DNA of 64,000 bases, from positions 1 through 64,000 of the forward strand of contig JBDRCO010000089.1 in assembly GCA_043821645.1 (NCBI GenBank). The letters are read 5' to 3'. This DNA is from Pseudomonadota bacterium. GTDB lineage: Bacteria; Myxococcota; JACRCW01; JAFGSX01. Under the pieces are notes generated by a model. The model searched no databases. It saw nothing but the letters and a program-made list of their open reading frames with translations, and was not told where the DNA came from. Both the position numbers and the translations under genes were made by a program. Positions within the stretch are counted from its first letter, which is position 1. Each line of letters opens with the position of its first letter. Positions 8,714 to 18,881 of this stretch are shown one piece after another.

Positions 8714-9817
8714 TCACTCGTTGCGACGTGGCCGGACAGCGGAGCGCCGGTAGCCTCCACCCTGCAGCAGCGCGTTGGGATCAGCATCCTCGCGATCGGT
8801 GTAGTAGCGATCGCCTGCCGCCGTGCTCCAGCGATACTTGAACCGATCCGTGTCGACCTCGACCTCGCCGCTGTGGGGGTTGATGTACTCCTCCTGGCCG
8901 GTGAGCACCAGGTAGTTGTCGTTCATGATCTCCTCGCGGTTGAGGCGCTGTTTGGCCAGCATGTCCTGCTCGATCTGGCGCATCTGGTCAAAAACCTTGA
9001 CCACGAAGTCGGCGCGCTCGCGTTGTCCCTGGCTCTCGCTGAGCACCCAGCGCGGGTTGAAGCGCGTCGACGCACGCACGATGTCCAGCACCGGTCTGAA
9101 GTGGTCAAAGCTGGCCCTGGGTGCGACGAAGATCAGCGCGCGCGTGTTCTTCCAGGTCAGGGCCGCGCGCATGTCGACGACGGCGGTCGTGATTGCCGCC
9201 CGGTAGGCCTGTCCAGCCTCGCTGAAGTCGATGATGGCTCCGGCGGCGTCATGGACGAAGGTCATCCCGTCGCCACCGACCTGCCTGAGAAGGTTGTTGG
9301 TGTAGGACTGCGCCCGGTCCAGCACTGCGATCTCACCTGGCAGACGGCTGGATTTCACGAACCTGACGTCGGTGGCGGCAGGCCGTGCCAGGGATAGCAG
9401 GGTCCGCAGGTGCTGCAGGGCGGTCTCGAGAGGCCGCACCGTCGCGCCCTGATAGTTGCTTCCTGGAGCAAACAGACCCGCGCCCACGCCGTGGTGGGCG
9501 TACACGATGTCGGGGAGCACGCGCAGCGAGACCAGGCCGTCCTGGCTGGCCAGGGTGAGATCGCACTTGGCCTCGATGGCGTTGAGTGGACCTCCCGCGG
9601 TGGCGGCGTTGACGCGGAAGATGCCGCCGCTCACCGACCAGCCAGCCGGCACCAGGATGCTGAAAGCCTGCTCGCGCGGCTCGTTGATCCGGGACAAGGC
9701 CAGACCCTTTGCAGGAGCTTTCGCCGCATGCGCCGGAGGCACAGCCTGCCTCTCCGAGGGACAGGCGATCAGCCCGCTCATCACAGAACAAAGGATAGCG
9801 GCATGGCGGAGTAGCAT
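8714..9817 (-). CDS. Hypothetical lipoprotein
   Basis: ATG 9817 with GAGGTG RBS; lipobox GLIAC; long ORF with coding-like composition. Confidence 0.7.
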   Translation of the reverse strand: MLLRHAAILCSVMSGLIACPSERQAVPPAHAAKAPAKGLALSRINEPREQAFSILVPAGWSVSGGIFRVNAATAGGPLNAIEAKCDLTLASQDGLVSLRVLPDIVYAHHGVGAGLFAPGSNYQGATVRPLETALQHLRTLLSLARPAATDVRFVKSSRLPGEIAVLDRAQSYTNNLLRQVGGDGMTFVHDAAGAIIDFSEAGQAYRAAITTAVVDMRAALTWKNTRALIFVAPRASFDHFRPVLDIVRASTRFNPRWVLSESQGQRERADFVVKVFDQMRQIEQDMLAKQRLNREEIMNDNYLVLTGQEEYINPHSGEVEVDTDRFKYRWSTAAGDRYYTDREDADPNALLQGGGYRRSAVRPRRNE

Positions 9818-9897
9818 GGAGCACCTCACGGCTTAGGCATCGCATTCCACCCTGTGCGCCCTGGCTGCGGGGGGCGCCTTGAGGGCCCACACCTGGG

Positions 9898-10605
9898 TCA
9901 AAAATCCACCGCGGGCCGTGTGACGGGTTCTGCCTGCAGCTCCCCGCTGTCTGTCGCGGGCGAATGCGTGACGGCGTCTGCGGGTCGCGAGCTCCCGGCA
10001 GCCGGCAGGCTTGACGGGTCTTCGCCCAGGGGTGCCTTCACCCTGCACTGGTCCGGTGGCACTGTGCGCGCGGTTCCCCGCTCGAGATCCACGTGCAGCT
10101 CGTCCGGGCCCACCGTCGTCATCAGCGTCGATAATGGCAGGGCCACGGCCCCGCACAGGGCGGAGCCGACCACGGTCCACAGCGCCTGGCCCAGCGCCGC
10201 CGGCGGAGCCCCGCAGATCGCGATGATGGGGCCGAGCACGGGCGCCGCCGCGGCGAGACCCGCGCCGAGCACCCACAGTCCGCCACCCACGCCCGTGAGG
10301 CACAGCGCGCTCAGCAGGCAGGCGGTCGCCGTGTGCAGGGCGGTGTGGCCCCAGTCGGTGTGCCGCAGCAGTTCAACCTCCAGCTGCTGCTCCTGCTGCA
10401 CCACGCGCACCCGTCCGGCGCCGCGACTTAAAACGTAGGGAGTGGTTCCTGCCGCCTCCTTGTCGTCGTCGATGAAGACCTGGGCACCCTCGGGCTGACT
10501 GTGAATCGAGGTCGTGTGCGCACAGCCCGCACCGAGGACGAGGGCACTGACCAGGGCTGACACAACGAGAGCACTGCGTGGTCGCATGCTGACCTGCCCT
10601 GTCAT
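9898..10605 (-). CDS. PEGA-domain lipoprotein with hydrophobic mid-segment
   Basis: Lipobox LGAGC; PEGA-like IHSQPEGAQVFIDD...GTTPY. Confidence 0.65.
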   Translation of the reverse strand: MTGQVSMRPRSALVVSALVSALVLGAGCAHTTSIHSQPEGAQVFIDDDKEAAGTTPYVLSRGAGRVRVVQQEQQLEVELLRHTDWGHTALHTATACLLSALCLTGVGGGLWVLGAGLAAAAPVLGPIIAICGAPPAALGQALWTVVGSALCGAVALPLSTLMTTVGPDELHVDLERGTARTVPPDQCRVKAPLGEDPSSLPAAGSSRPADAVTHSPATDSGELQAEPVTRPAVDF

Positions 10606-11162
10606 GGGTCCTGCGCTGGTACACCGCGATCATCACCCACCGCGCAGGCATCGTCGACGTCGACGGCCCTGGTGCACAAGGTCATCTGCGCGCCCCCGCC
10701 CCAGTCCGTGCTCAGGCTCAGGGGCTCCGCCTGCACCTCACCCAGCACGTTCAGGGTCAGGGTGTCTCCCTGGCTGGCATTGCCGCAGGGTGGTGCCTCG
10801 AAGGTATAGCTCAGGCTGAACAGCGACGGACTGTGCTCGCTGGTGATCTGCCAGCTCACGTGGTTGCGGCACCAGGTGCCGTTGCCACCGCGCACGTCGA
10901 CATTGCCCCAACCTGCCGCAGAAAAGGCCCACACCACCATCAGGTCCGGGTAGTTTGTCACCGGCTGCTGCCAGACGCCGACGATGTTGGTTGCCGCGGT
11001 CGCGACAGCCCCGTCGACACCGGCCGCGTCGCTGGCCGTGGCCCCGGCGTCGGGCGGGTCGACATCGGGCACGGCGCAGGCAGACATCACCGCGACTCCG
11101 ACCGCCAGCAGTCGTCGGAGGACAGGACCCGGGCGCGGGGCAGGGGAGGACGAAGGCTCCAT
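10602..11162 (-). CDS. Hypothetical lipoprotein
   Basis: Lipobox VMSAC, DAG-rich linker, small beta domain starting IVGVW. Stop overlaps the next ATG. Start uncertain. Confidence 0.6.
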   Translation of the reverse strand: MEPSSSPAPRPGPVLRRLLAVGVAVMSACAVPDVDPPDAGATASDAAGVDGAVATAATNIVGVWQQPVTNYPDLMVVWAFSAAGWGNVDVRGGNGTWCRNHVSWQITSEHSPSLFSLSYTFEAPPCGNASQGDTLTLNVLGEVQAEPLSLSTDWGGGAQMTLCTRAVDVDDACAVGDDRGVPAQDP

Positions 11163-11279
11163 GGCAGCTCCGGATGGCATACCAGGGGTCATAGGCGGGT
11201 GGGGCCGCACCCGCAAGCCTCGCGCGGCTCCCGGGCTGCCGCACGGGCCGGGACGCGATACATAAACCATGAGTCCCCG

Positions 11280-11308
11280 TTGACCTCGGCGGGCACCGAT
11301 GTTACGCC
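11280..11308 (+). promoter_or_regulatory. Possible sigma70 promoter for the site-2 protease-trpS operon
   Basis: TTGACC-N17-TACGCC with an extended TG; the -10 is weak. Confidence 0.3.
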
Positions 11309-11346
11309 GGGGCACTTGGATTTCTGCGCCCAGGCGCGAGAGGCAC

Positions 11347-12048
11347 ATGGACGTCGACTACATCCCCCGCATGATCACTTACCTGGTGTCCATGCTCATG
11401 TGTCTCACGGTGCATGAGTATGCTCACGCGGCCGTGGCCTTCTGGCTGGGCGACGACACTGCATCGTCGCAAGGGCGGATGTCGCTCAATCCGCTGGTGC
11501 ATATCGACCCCATCGGTACCATCGCCATGCCTGTCATCGGCTCCATTTCGGGGGTGGCGCTGTTCGGCTGGGCCAAGCCTGTGCCCACCAATCCGGTGCG
11601 CTACTCGCGGCGCTTTCGCGGCAAGCGCATCAGCATGAACGCGGGCCTGGCCATGGTGGCGGCGGCCGGACCGCTCTCCAACCTGGTCTTCGCCCTGGTC
11701 CTGGCCATGGGCCTGCGTCTGATCTCGCACGTCTTTCCGCCCATCGACGCGCAGATGCCGGGCTACACCCTGGCCATGCGCGTGCTCGTCGTCAACGTCG
11801 GTCTGTTCGTGTTCAACTTGCTGCCCCTGCCGCCCCTCGATGGCAGCCGCATCGTGTACTGGCTCATGCGAGACAAGCACAGGCCCATCATGGACCTGCT
11901 GGCCCGCAACACGCCCCTGGTCTTCATCGGCATGCTGCTGCTGATGCAGACACGCTGGTTCGGCGCCGTGATGTACGTGCCCATCGGCTTGATCTTCGAC
12001 GGGCTCAACGCCCTGTTCGATATTCAACCCTTCTTCAGGTTCCTGTAG
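11347..12048 (+). CDS. Site-2 protease, peptidase M50 family
   Basis: HEYAH, NPLVHID, AAAGPLSN, FNLLPLPPLDG; ATG 11347 with GAGAGG RBS. Confidence 0.92.
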   Translation: MDVDYIPRMITYLVSMLMCLTVHEYAHAAVAFWLGDDTASSQGRMSLNPLVHIDPIGTIAMPVIGSISGVALFGWAKPVPTNPVRYSRRFRGKRISMNAGLAMVAAAGPLSNLVFALVLAMGLRLISHVFPPIDAQMPGYTLAMRVLVVNVGLFVFNLLPLPPLDGSRIVYWLMRDKHRPIMDLLARNTPLVFIGMLLLMQTRWFGAVMYVPIGLIFDGLNALFDIQPFFRFL

Positions 12049-12057
12049 GCGGAGCTC

Positions 12058-13059
12058 ATGACCACTCGTCCACGCGTCTTCAGCGGCATGCAGCCCACTG
12101 GCGGCCTGCACATCGGCAACTACCTCGGCGCCCTCAAGAGCTGGGTCGCGCTGCAGGACGACCACGACTGCATCTATTGCGTGGTCGACTACCACGCGAT
12201 CACCATCGACTACGAGGTGCAGCAGCTGCGGCAGCGCGTCGAGAGGGTGGTGCGCGGCTATCTGGCGGCGGGCGTGGATCCCGAGCGCAGCGTGATCCTG
12301 GTGCAGTCCGCCGTGCCCGAGCACACCGAGCTGGCCTGGGTGTTCAACACGGTGACGCCCATGGGCTTGCTCGGCCGCATGACCCAGTTCAAGGACAAGA
12401 GCCGCGACCACGCCGAGAACATCAACGTCGGCCTGTATACCTATCCCGTGCTGCAAGCCGCGGACATCGCCGTGTACAAGGCCCAGGCCGTGCCCGTGGG
12501 CGAGGACCAGCAGCAGCACCTGGAGCTGGCCCGCGACGTGGTGCGCAAGTTCAACCTGCGCTTCGGCGACACCTTCCCCGAACCGCAGACCATCCTGAGC
12601 AAGGCCCCGCGCGTCCTCGGGCTCGACGGCGAGCGCAAGATGTCCAAGAGCCTGGGCAACGATATCGGCCTCGAGGACACGGCCGAGGAGGTGTGGAAGA
12701 AGCTGGCGCCGGCGCCTACGGATCCGGCGCGCATGCGCAAGACCGATCCGGGCGAGCCCACCAAGTGCAATCTGTACAGTTACCACCGCTTTTTCTCGTC
12801 GCCCGAGACCCTGCAGTGGGTCGAGCAGGGTTGCCGCGGCGCCTCCATCGGCTGCGTGCAGTGCAAGCGCAAGCTGCACGAGCACATGGAGGTCGAGCTG
12901 GCGCCGGTGCGCGAGCGCCTGGTCGAGTTGAGCGCCCGACCAGACCATGTGCGTGACGTGTTATCGGACGGCGTCAAGCGCATGCGGCCCGTGGCCCAGG
13001 CCACCCTGGACGAGGTGCGCGAGCGCATCGGGATTGGCCGCAGGGGGAGCCCCGCTTGA
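12058..13059 (+). CDS. trpS: Tryptophan--tRNA ligase
   Basis: SGMQPTG, HIGN, YPVLQAADI, VPVGEDQ, KMSKS. Confidence 0.97.
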   Translation: MTTRPRVFSGMQPTGGLHIGNYLGALKSWVALQDDHDCIYCVVDYHAITIDYEVQQLRQRVERVVRGYLAAGVDPERSVILVQSAVPEHTELAWVFNTVTPMGLLGRMTQFKDKSRDHAENINVGLYTYPVLQAADIAVYKAQAVPVGEDQQQHLELARDVVRKFNLRFGDTFPEPQTILSKAPRVLGLDGERKMSKSLGNDIGLEDTAEEVWKKLAPAPTDPARMRKTDPGEPTKCNLYSYHRFFSSPETLQWVEQGCRGASIGCVQCKRKLHEHMEVELAPVRERLVELSARPDHVRDVLSDGVKRMRPVAQATLDEVRERIGIGRRGSPA

Positions 13060-13988
13060 CCGAGCAGCCCGTCGACAGAGAGGGCGCCGCGGGCGTCATG
13101 CCCGAGGGGGTGCGCGGCGATTTCGATGCGTCGCTGGTCAAGGACTATGCGCCGCTGGCGGAGTCGGCGGATCCCCTGATGCACGTCGAGCTGGGCGCCT
13201 TCGAGGGGCCCCTCGACCTGCTGCTGCACCTGATCAAGCGCGATGGCGTCGATATCATGAACATCCCCATCGCAGCCATCTGCACCTCGTACACGCAGAT
13301 GCTGGATCAGATGCGGGAGCTCAACATCGACGTGGCGGCCGAGTTCCTGGTCATGGCCGCGACCCTGGTGCACATCAAGAGCCGGATGTTGCTCCCCAAG
13401 GAGGAGCGCCCGGTCGACGACGACGAGGTCGACGAGGGAGACCCGCGGATCGATCTGGTGCGCAGGTTGCTGGAGTACCAGAAGTACCGGCGCGCGGCCC
13501 TGGGCCTCGCCGAGCGCTGCCAGCTCGGGCGCGATGTGTTCGCGCGTCCCGAGATGAGCATGCTCGAGGGCGAGGGCCTGCTGGGCAAGCAGGACCCCAT
13601 GGCCCTGGTGGCCGTGCTCGCGGACATCTTCGGCCGGACCAAGAACCGCGTGGTGCACGAGGTCTTCATCGAGCGCATGAGCGTGGGCGCGCGCATCAAC
13701 GAGCTCATCGACCTGTGTCGCGTCCGCGAGCACATCACCTTTGACGAGTTGCTGGCCTATGGCGAGGAGCCAGCGCTGCTGAGCAAGCGCGTGGTGACCT
13801 TCCTGTCGCTGCTCGAGATGACCCGGCTTCGCCTGGTCAGGCTGCACCAGCCGAGCGAGCAAGGTACCATCTACGTGTCGCCCATTCACGAGAACCTCGA
13901 TATCGATAGCGCCGAGATCCGGTCCAGCTTCGACGAGGCAGCCCCGGCGAACCCGGCTGCCGCCACGGATACCCACCATGTCCTCTGA
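13056..13988 (+). CDS. scpA: Segregation and condensation protein A
   Basis: FEGPLDLLLHLI, EFLVMAATL..IKSRMLLP, VVTFLSLLEM. Confidence 0.95.
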   Translation: MTEQPVDREGAAGVMPEGVRGDFDASLVKDYAPLAESADPLMHVELGAFEGPLDLLLHLIKRDGVDIMNIPIAAICTSYTQMLDQMRELNIDVAAEFLVMAATLVHIKSRMLLPKEERPVDDDEVDEGDPRIDLVRRLLEYQKYRRAALGLAERCQLGRDVFARPEMSMLEGEGLLGKQDPMALVAVLADIFGRTKNRVVHEVFIERMSVGARINELIDLCRVREHITFDELLAYGEEPALLSKRVVTFLSLLEMTRLRLVRLHQPSEQGTIYVSPIHENLDIDSAEIRSSFDEAAPANPAAATDTHHVL

Positions 13989-15390
13989 CCCCACCGACCC
14001 CACGCTGTGGCAGTCTTCTGCCCCGGATCCGGACCGCGCGGATCCGTTGCAGGACAGCTTCCTGGCGCCCGAGGACGCCCTGGTCGAACTGACCCAGGGG
14101 CCACAGGACCTGTCCGCTGTTGACGATGCGCCTGCGCCGCAGGCAGCAGCAGTGGGTGCGCTGGACGATCCTCAGACAAGCGCCACGGGTACTCTCGCCC
14201 CCCGCGAGACCCCGGGTACAGGCAGCGAGGTTGCGCTAGATGCGGTTGCCCCCGATGAGCCCGTCAGCGAGAGCCCTCAGGGGGCTGTGGTCGTGCCCGC
14301 AGACCTCGAGTTGCCTCCGCTGGCGAGCGTGGACAGCATCCTGGACATGGGCGGGGACGGCGCGGCGGGTGAGGGGGACGATGCCGAGGGGTCCGACGAC
14401 GACCTCGCTGCGCAGGATGTTGCCAACGGTGCCGAGGCGCTGCCGGACCTGGTCCCCATCATCGAGGCCCTGCTGTTCACTGCGGATCGCCCGGTGACCG
14501 TGCAGGCTCTGAGCGCAACCCTGCGCGCCGAGCATCCCTCGGTGCGCGCCCCTGCCATCCGCGCCGCGCTCAAGCAGCTGCTCCAGGCCTATGCCGACGA
14601 CGGTCGGGTGTGCGGCCGGGGCTTCGTGCTCAGCGAGGTGTCGAGCGGCTTCGTGTTTCGCACCGACCCGACCTTTGCGCGCTACCTGCAGCGCTTCACC
14701 TCGCAGAAACCACAACGCCTGTCCCGGGCAGCTCTCGAGACCCTCGCCGTCATCGCATACCGGCAGCCGGTGACCCGTCCCCAGGTCGATGACGTGCGTG
14801 GCGTGGATTCCTCGTCGGCGGTCAAGTACCTGCTCGACAAGAGTCTGATCCGGGTGCTTGGCAAGAGCGAGGAGGTCGGACGACCGCTGCTTTACGGCAC
14901 CACGGCGGATTTCCTCGAGCTGTTCAGTCTCAAGGGCCTGTCCCACCTGCCGACCTTGCAGGAGTACCAGGAGCTGGACGCGGACAACCAGGCCAAGGTC
15001 GATGCCCTGCCCGGTCCGGTGCCGGTGCGGGTCATCGATCTGGCGAGTGTCGATGGACGGGTGGTCAGCGAATCCACCGAGCGAGACAGCGAGGGCGCCC
15101 TGAGCGACCTCGAGAACGCCGTGGCCGAGGCCGAGCAGCGCCGGCGCGAGTCGGATCAGAGCCTGGGACCCGGGTCCGCCGCTGCCGCGACCCAGGGCAC
15201 CCTGGCATCGGATCTCGAAGCGACGGACGGGTTCGCAGAGGACCCGGATGCGCCGCTCCTCGAGGAACAACTGGCATCTTCTGCCACTCTCGACGACGAA
15301 GACACCGTGACGGATCTTGCCGCAGACGAGGGAACCCTGGCGAACGACGCCCAGGACGATGCAGAGGAAACCAACGATGAAGCCGGGTGA
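13978..15390 (+). CDS. scpB: SMC-Scp complex subunit ScpB with long acidic extensions
   Basis: IEALLF, LSRAALETLAVIAYRQPVTR, RGVDS, GRPLLYGTT. Confidence 0.93.
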   Translation: MSSDPTDPTLWQSSAPDPDRADPLQDSFLAPEDALVELTQGPQDLSAVDDAPAPQAAAVGALDDPQTSATGTLAPRETPGTGSEVALDAVAPDEPVSESPQGAVVVPADLELPPLASVDSILDMGGDGAAGEGDDAEGSDDDLAAQDVANGAEALPDLVPIIEALLFTADRPVTVQALSATLRAEHPSVRAPAIRAALKQLLQAYADDGRVCGRGFVLSEVSSGFVFRTDPTFARYLQRFTSQKPQRLSRAALETLAVIAYRQPVTRPQVDDVRGVDSSSAVKYLLDKSLIRVLGKSEEVGRPLLYGTTADFLELFSLKGLSHLPTLQEYQELDADNQAKVDALPGPVPVRVIDLASVDGRVVSESTERDSEGALSDLENAVAEAEQRRRESDQSLGPGSAAAATQGTLASDLEATDGFAEDPDAPLLEEQLASSATLDDEDTVTDLAADEGTLANDAQDDAEETNDEAG

Positions 15391-16537
15391 ACGTCTCCAC
15401 AAGGTCCTCGCCGCCGCGGGCGTGGCCTCGCGCCGCAAGGTCGAGCAGCTCATCGTCGAGGGCCGGGTCTCGATCAACGGCCAGATCGTCCGCGAGCTCG
15501 GCCTGCGCGTGAATCCCCGGGTGGATCAGCTGCGCGTCGACGGACGGCTCATCGAGGCCGAGAACCTGGGCGACCACGTGTATGTCCTCCTGCACAAGCC
15601 ACCCGGTGTGGTGTCCACCACCGACGACGAGCGCGGACGCACCACCGTGCTCGACCTCGTCCCGCGCTACCGCTCGCGGCGCCTGGTGCTGGCCGGGCGC
15701 CTGGACTACCACAGCGAGGGTCTGGTCCTGCTCACCGACGACGGTGCCCTGGTCCACTACCTGACCCACCCGAGCCACCACGCGGCCAGGACCTATCACG
15801 CCAAGGTGCGTGGCATGCCCGACGAGGACGCGCTGGCGAGGCTCCGCGACGGCGTCTACCTCGAGGACGGCAAGACACAACCGGCCCATGTGCAGATCCT
15901 GGGTCCCGCCCGGGTCAACACCTGGGTCGAGATCACGCTCACCGAGGGACGCAATCACCAGGTGCGGCGGATGTTCGAGGCTGTGGGCTGCCCGGTGCAG
16001 CGTCTGATCCGGGTCATGCTTGGCACGATGAGCCTCGATGGTCTGCCTCCCGGCGCCTCGCGCGAGCTCGATCCGGAGGAGGTGCGGGCCCTGCGTGGGG
16101 TGGTGGACGCCCCCGCTCCGCGCAGGCGATCGCGCGCCAAAGTGTCTGCGGGCAGGGACTCCGGCACCTCGGGGACAACGCCGAGAGCCGCGTCGACAGC
16201 GAAGGGCGCACGGGCTCCGCGGGCGACGCGCGAACCTGCTACGGAGCGAGGCAAGCCCGCTAGGGCCCCACACCCGTCGAGCCGCGGCAAGCCCGACGCC
16301 AGGGATATGCGCAGCACGACGCGGGGCAAGCCCGAGACCAGGTCCCCACGCCCGCCGAGCCGCGGCAAGCCCGACGCCAGGGATTCGCGCAGCACGACGC
16401 GGGGCAAGCCCGAAGGCAAGGATTCACGTGGCGCGACCCGAGGCACAGCCCCGTCGCCCGGTGGACGTCCCGGCTCCAGCCGTGGCGGCAAGCCCCCCGC
16501 GGGTAAAACCTCGCGCCCACGTGGACCTCGCAGGTGA
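15377..16537 (+). CDS. rluB: rRNA pseudouridine synthase (RluB family) with basic repetitive tail
   Basis: S4 domain ERLHKVLAAAGVASRR, GRLD, EGRNHQVRRM; usual position after scpB. Confidence 0.9.
   Translation: MKPGERLHKVLAAAGVASRRKVEQLIVEGRVSINGQIVRELGLRVNPRVDQLRVDGRLIEAENLGDHVYVLLHKPPGVVSTTDDERGRTTVLDLVPRYRSRRLVLAGRLDYHSEGLVLLTDDGALVHYLTHPSHHAARTYHAKVRGMPDEDALARLRDGVYLEDGKTQPAHVQILGPARVNTWVEITLTEGRNHQVRRMFEAVGCPVQRLIRVMLGTMSLDGLPPGASRELDPEEVRALRGVVDAPAPRRRSRAKVSAGRDSGTSGTTPRAASTAKGARAPRATREPATERGKPARAPHPSSRGKPDARDMRSTTRGKPETRSPRPPSRGKPDARDSRSTTRGKPEGKDSRGATRGTAPSPGGRPGSSRGGKPPAGKTSRPRGPRR
16278..16413 (+). repeat. Coding tandem repeat, 78-bp period (39-bp RGKP sub-period), in the RluB tail
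   Basis: CGAGCCGCGGCAAGCCCGACGCCAGGGAT..GCGCAGCACGACGCGGGGCAAGCCCGA at 16278 and 16356. Confidence 0.85.
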
Positions 16538-16594
16538 CTTCATCCCGCTTTATCGCTAGAGTCCTGGCCGCCCGTTCGTGAAAGGACAGTCATC

Positions 16595-17536
16595 ATGAAG
16601 CGCTTCCTGGCGTTCTTTGTCGTCGTCGTGGCCTTCGGCGCAGCCCTGGGCGCGGCCTTCGTGTCCTTCAAGACCAAGCTCACCGAGCAGCGCTTGCTGG
16701 TGGCCAAGTCCGTCGTGGACATGGAGTTCATGAACAAGTTGACCGCCACGCGCATGGTGCCAGGCAACGGCTACAAGGGCGACATGTCCATCCTGCTGTC
16801 CAACTACGGGCAGTCCCTGGATCGCCTGTACAAGGATCCGGAGTTCGCCCTGCTGCGAGACGATGATCTGGTGCGCAAGCTGTACCAGGAAGAGCACAAG
16901 AAGGGGCGCAAGGATGACCGCACCCTGCAGCAGGTCACCGAGCGCATCGACTACACCCAGGCAGCCTACAAAGAGATCGCCAACGGCGACTATCGCCCCA
17001 TGGTCAGCGCCCAGGCCGACGGACTGCGCGTCGACCTGTACGCCTGGCAGAAGGCGCCCGTCGACGGCCAGGATAGGCTGCAGGTCAAGGTCGTGATCGT
17101 GGGCGGTGATCCCGAGGCGCTGACCTTCGGCCACATCGAGATGAAGATGGGCATCAAGAGCTTCGTCGAGAAGAAGGTCAAGGGACAGATGGTCAAGGAG
17201 GAGGTCCTCAAGCTGGCCAAGATCTCGGGCGGGGGATCTCCCAACACCCTGATCAAGGACCCCCGCAAGTGGATGCCGGATTTCCCTCCAGGCATCCAGA
17301 TCGGCTTTTACGATTTCCCGCTCTTCCCGTCGACGGCCACCGAGGTTCAGCTCACCATGGGCTTCGGTATCCGCACCATAGGCGGCAACCAGCTCTCGCC
17401 CGAGCTCAAGTTCGATCCCATCGTCATTGACAGCTCGTGGAAGTTGCCACCAGGCGCGTCGTGGGAGGCCGAGGAAGTCGAGGGCACCGAGGAGGAGCTG
17501 GCCGAGTTCAACAAGAGCCAGCAGCCTGCCAACTGA
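16595..17536 (+). CDS. Hypothetical membrane-anchored protein
   Basis: N-terminal TM/signal segment, AAGGA RBS, strongly host-like codon usage. Confidence 0.85.
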   Translation: MKRFLAFFVVVVAFGAALGAAFVSFKTKLTEQRLLVAKSVVDMEFMNKLTATRMVPGNGYKGDMSILLSNYGQSLDRLYKDPEFALLRDDDLVRKLYQEEHKKGRKDDRTLQQVTERIDYTQAAYKEIANGDYRPMVSAQADGLRVDLYAWQKAPVDGQDRLQVKVVIVGGDPEALTFGHIEMKMGIKSFVEKKVKGQMVKEEVLKLAKISGGGSPNTLIKDPRKWMPDFPPGIQIGFYDFPLFPSTATEVQLTMGFGIRTIGGNQLSPELKFDPIVIDSSWKLPPGASWEAEEVEGTEEELAEFNKSQQPAN

Positions 17537-17563
17537 TCAGGCGCCCACCGTTTTCTCTCGGCC

Positions 17564-18721
17564 CTAGCCGACCAGCCGTGTGAGCGCTGCGACCGCGAGA
17601 CCGAACATGGGGTCCAGCAGGCTGGCGGCACGCCACAGACAGATCGCTTCGTTGATCCGACCTTCCGCCTCCGCCGCATCCGCGAGCTTGCCGAGTTCGT
17701 GGGCCGCCGTCGAGGAGGACATGGAGGCGAGTTCCCGGGCGCGGGGCGAGCTCGTGACCGGCGCCATCGGTGCGGGCGGCGGGGCGGCCATCCCAGGCGC
17801 CGCCGAATCGTCGAAATTGAGATCGATGTCGAGTCCTTCGGGCGCGGGCGCAGCCGGTGGCACGGCCATCGTCGGCGGCGGGGGAGGAGATACCTCGTCC
17901 GGGGCGAGCACGACCTCCACCGCGCCATCGGGGGCTTCCAGCGCGCTGTCGTCGAGGTCCACATCGAAGCCCACGGCTGCGTCCTGCGGATCCTCCGGAA
18001 TCGAAAGCTCAGCACCGCTGTCGTCGGCATCATCGTCCGGGGGAGGTGGCGGCGGCGATGCGGACGGCATGTGCCCGACCTGAAGCAAGGAATCCAGGTC
18101 CACGTCTTCCTGCGGCGGCGGCTCGAACAGCGCGCTGTCGATGGTGGACGCCCCGGCCCCTGCTGCTCCCTCGTCGAGAGCCAGATCATTCCACAACGCG
18201 GCCAGGTCACCTGGTGGGGATGCACCATCCGCTGGCAATGCGGGGATGCCTTCGGCGTTGTCCGGGCCGAGGGGATTGTCCTCGAGGAAGGAGAAGTCAT
18301 CCATGAGCGCTGGAGGGCGGGTCTGCACCTTGGGGAAGGGGTCGACCGCAGGTGCCGGAATGACGAGCGGTGCGGGTGGTCCGTAGGGATCTGGCATGCC
18401 CCCGGGCTCGGGCGGTGACGACGCGTGTGGCGCCACGGGCGGTGGCGGTGGAGAGGTCACGACTTCGGGGATCTGCGGTGGCGCCGAGAAGGGTGAGGGG
18501 ACAGGTGCCGGTGGCGCAGCGGGGGCTGGAGGTGGCGCAGCGGGAGGTGGCGGAGGTGCAGCGGGAGCCGGAGCCTGTCGTGGCATCGCGGGCAGGTGGG
18601 AGGTCGGTACCTGCTCCACGATGTGCTCTCTGACTGGCCGCGCGCTGTCGAGCGCTGCACCACAGACCATGCACATGTCTCCGCTGTAAGCCGCACGACC
18701 GCAGGAAGGACAGAGTTTCAT
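17564..18721 (-). CDS. Zinc-ribbon, Pro/Asp-rich protein with C-terminal TPR-like helices
   Basis: MKLCPSCG...CMVCG, a long low-complexity linker, then ELGKLADAAEAEGRINEAICLWRAA. Confidence 0.7.
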   Translation of the reverse strand: MKLCPSCGRAAYSGDMCMVCGAALDSARPVREHIVEQVPTSHLPAMPRQAPAPAAPPPPPAAPPPAPAAPPAPVPSPFSAPPQIPEVVTSPPPPPVAPHASSPPEPGGMPDPYGPPAPLVIPAPAVDPFPKVQTRPPALMDDFSFLEDNPLGPDNAEGIPALPADGASPPGDLAALWNDLALDEGAAGAGASTIDSALFEPPPQEDVDLDSLLQVGHMPSASPPPPPPDDDADDSGAELSIPEDPQDAAVGFDVDLDDSALEAPDGAVEVVLAPDEVSPPPPPTMAVPPAAPAPEGLDIDLNFDDSAAPGMAAPPPAPMAPVTSSPRARELASMSSSTAAHELGKLADAAEAEGRINEAICLWRAASLLDPMFGLAVAALTRLVG

Positions 18722-18881
18722 CCTCGGCAAACCCCATGCGTTCCAGGCACGCTTCCTTCTAAGATACGCCACCGGGTGCAACGCCGCCAGAAAGCGGGTG
18801 TGCGACCAGCCCACAACGGACCCGGCTCTTGGCCAGGCAGCGCCGTCCCTATACAAGGTGCGCAGGGAATCGGGAGGACGC

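Noticed and set aside
16278..16413. Direct repeats as a CRISPR array
   Set aside because: In-frame coding repeats without unique spacers and no cas genes; the same applies to 45478-45760.
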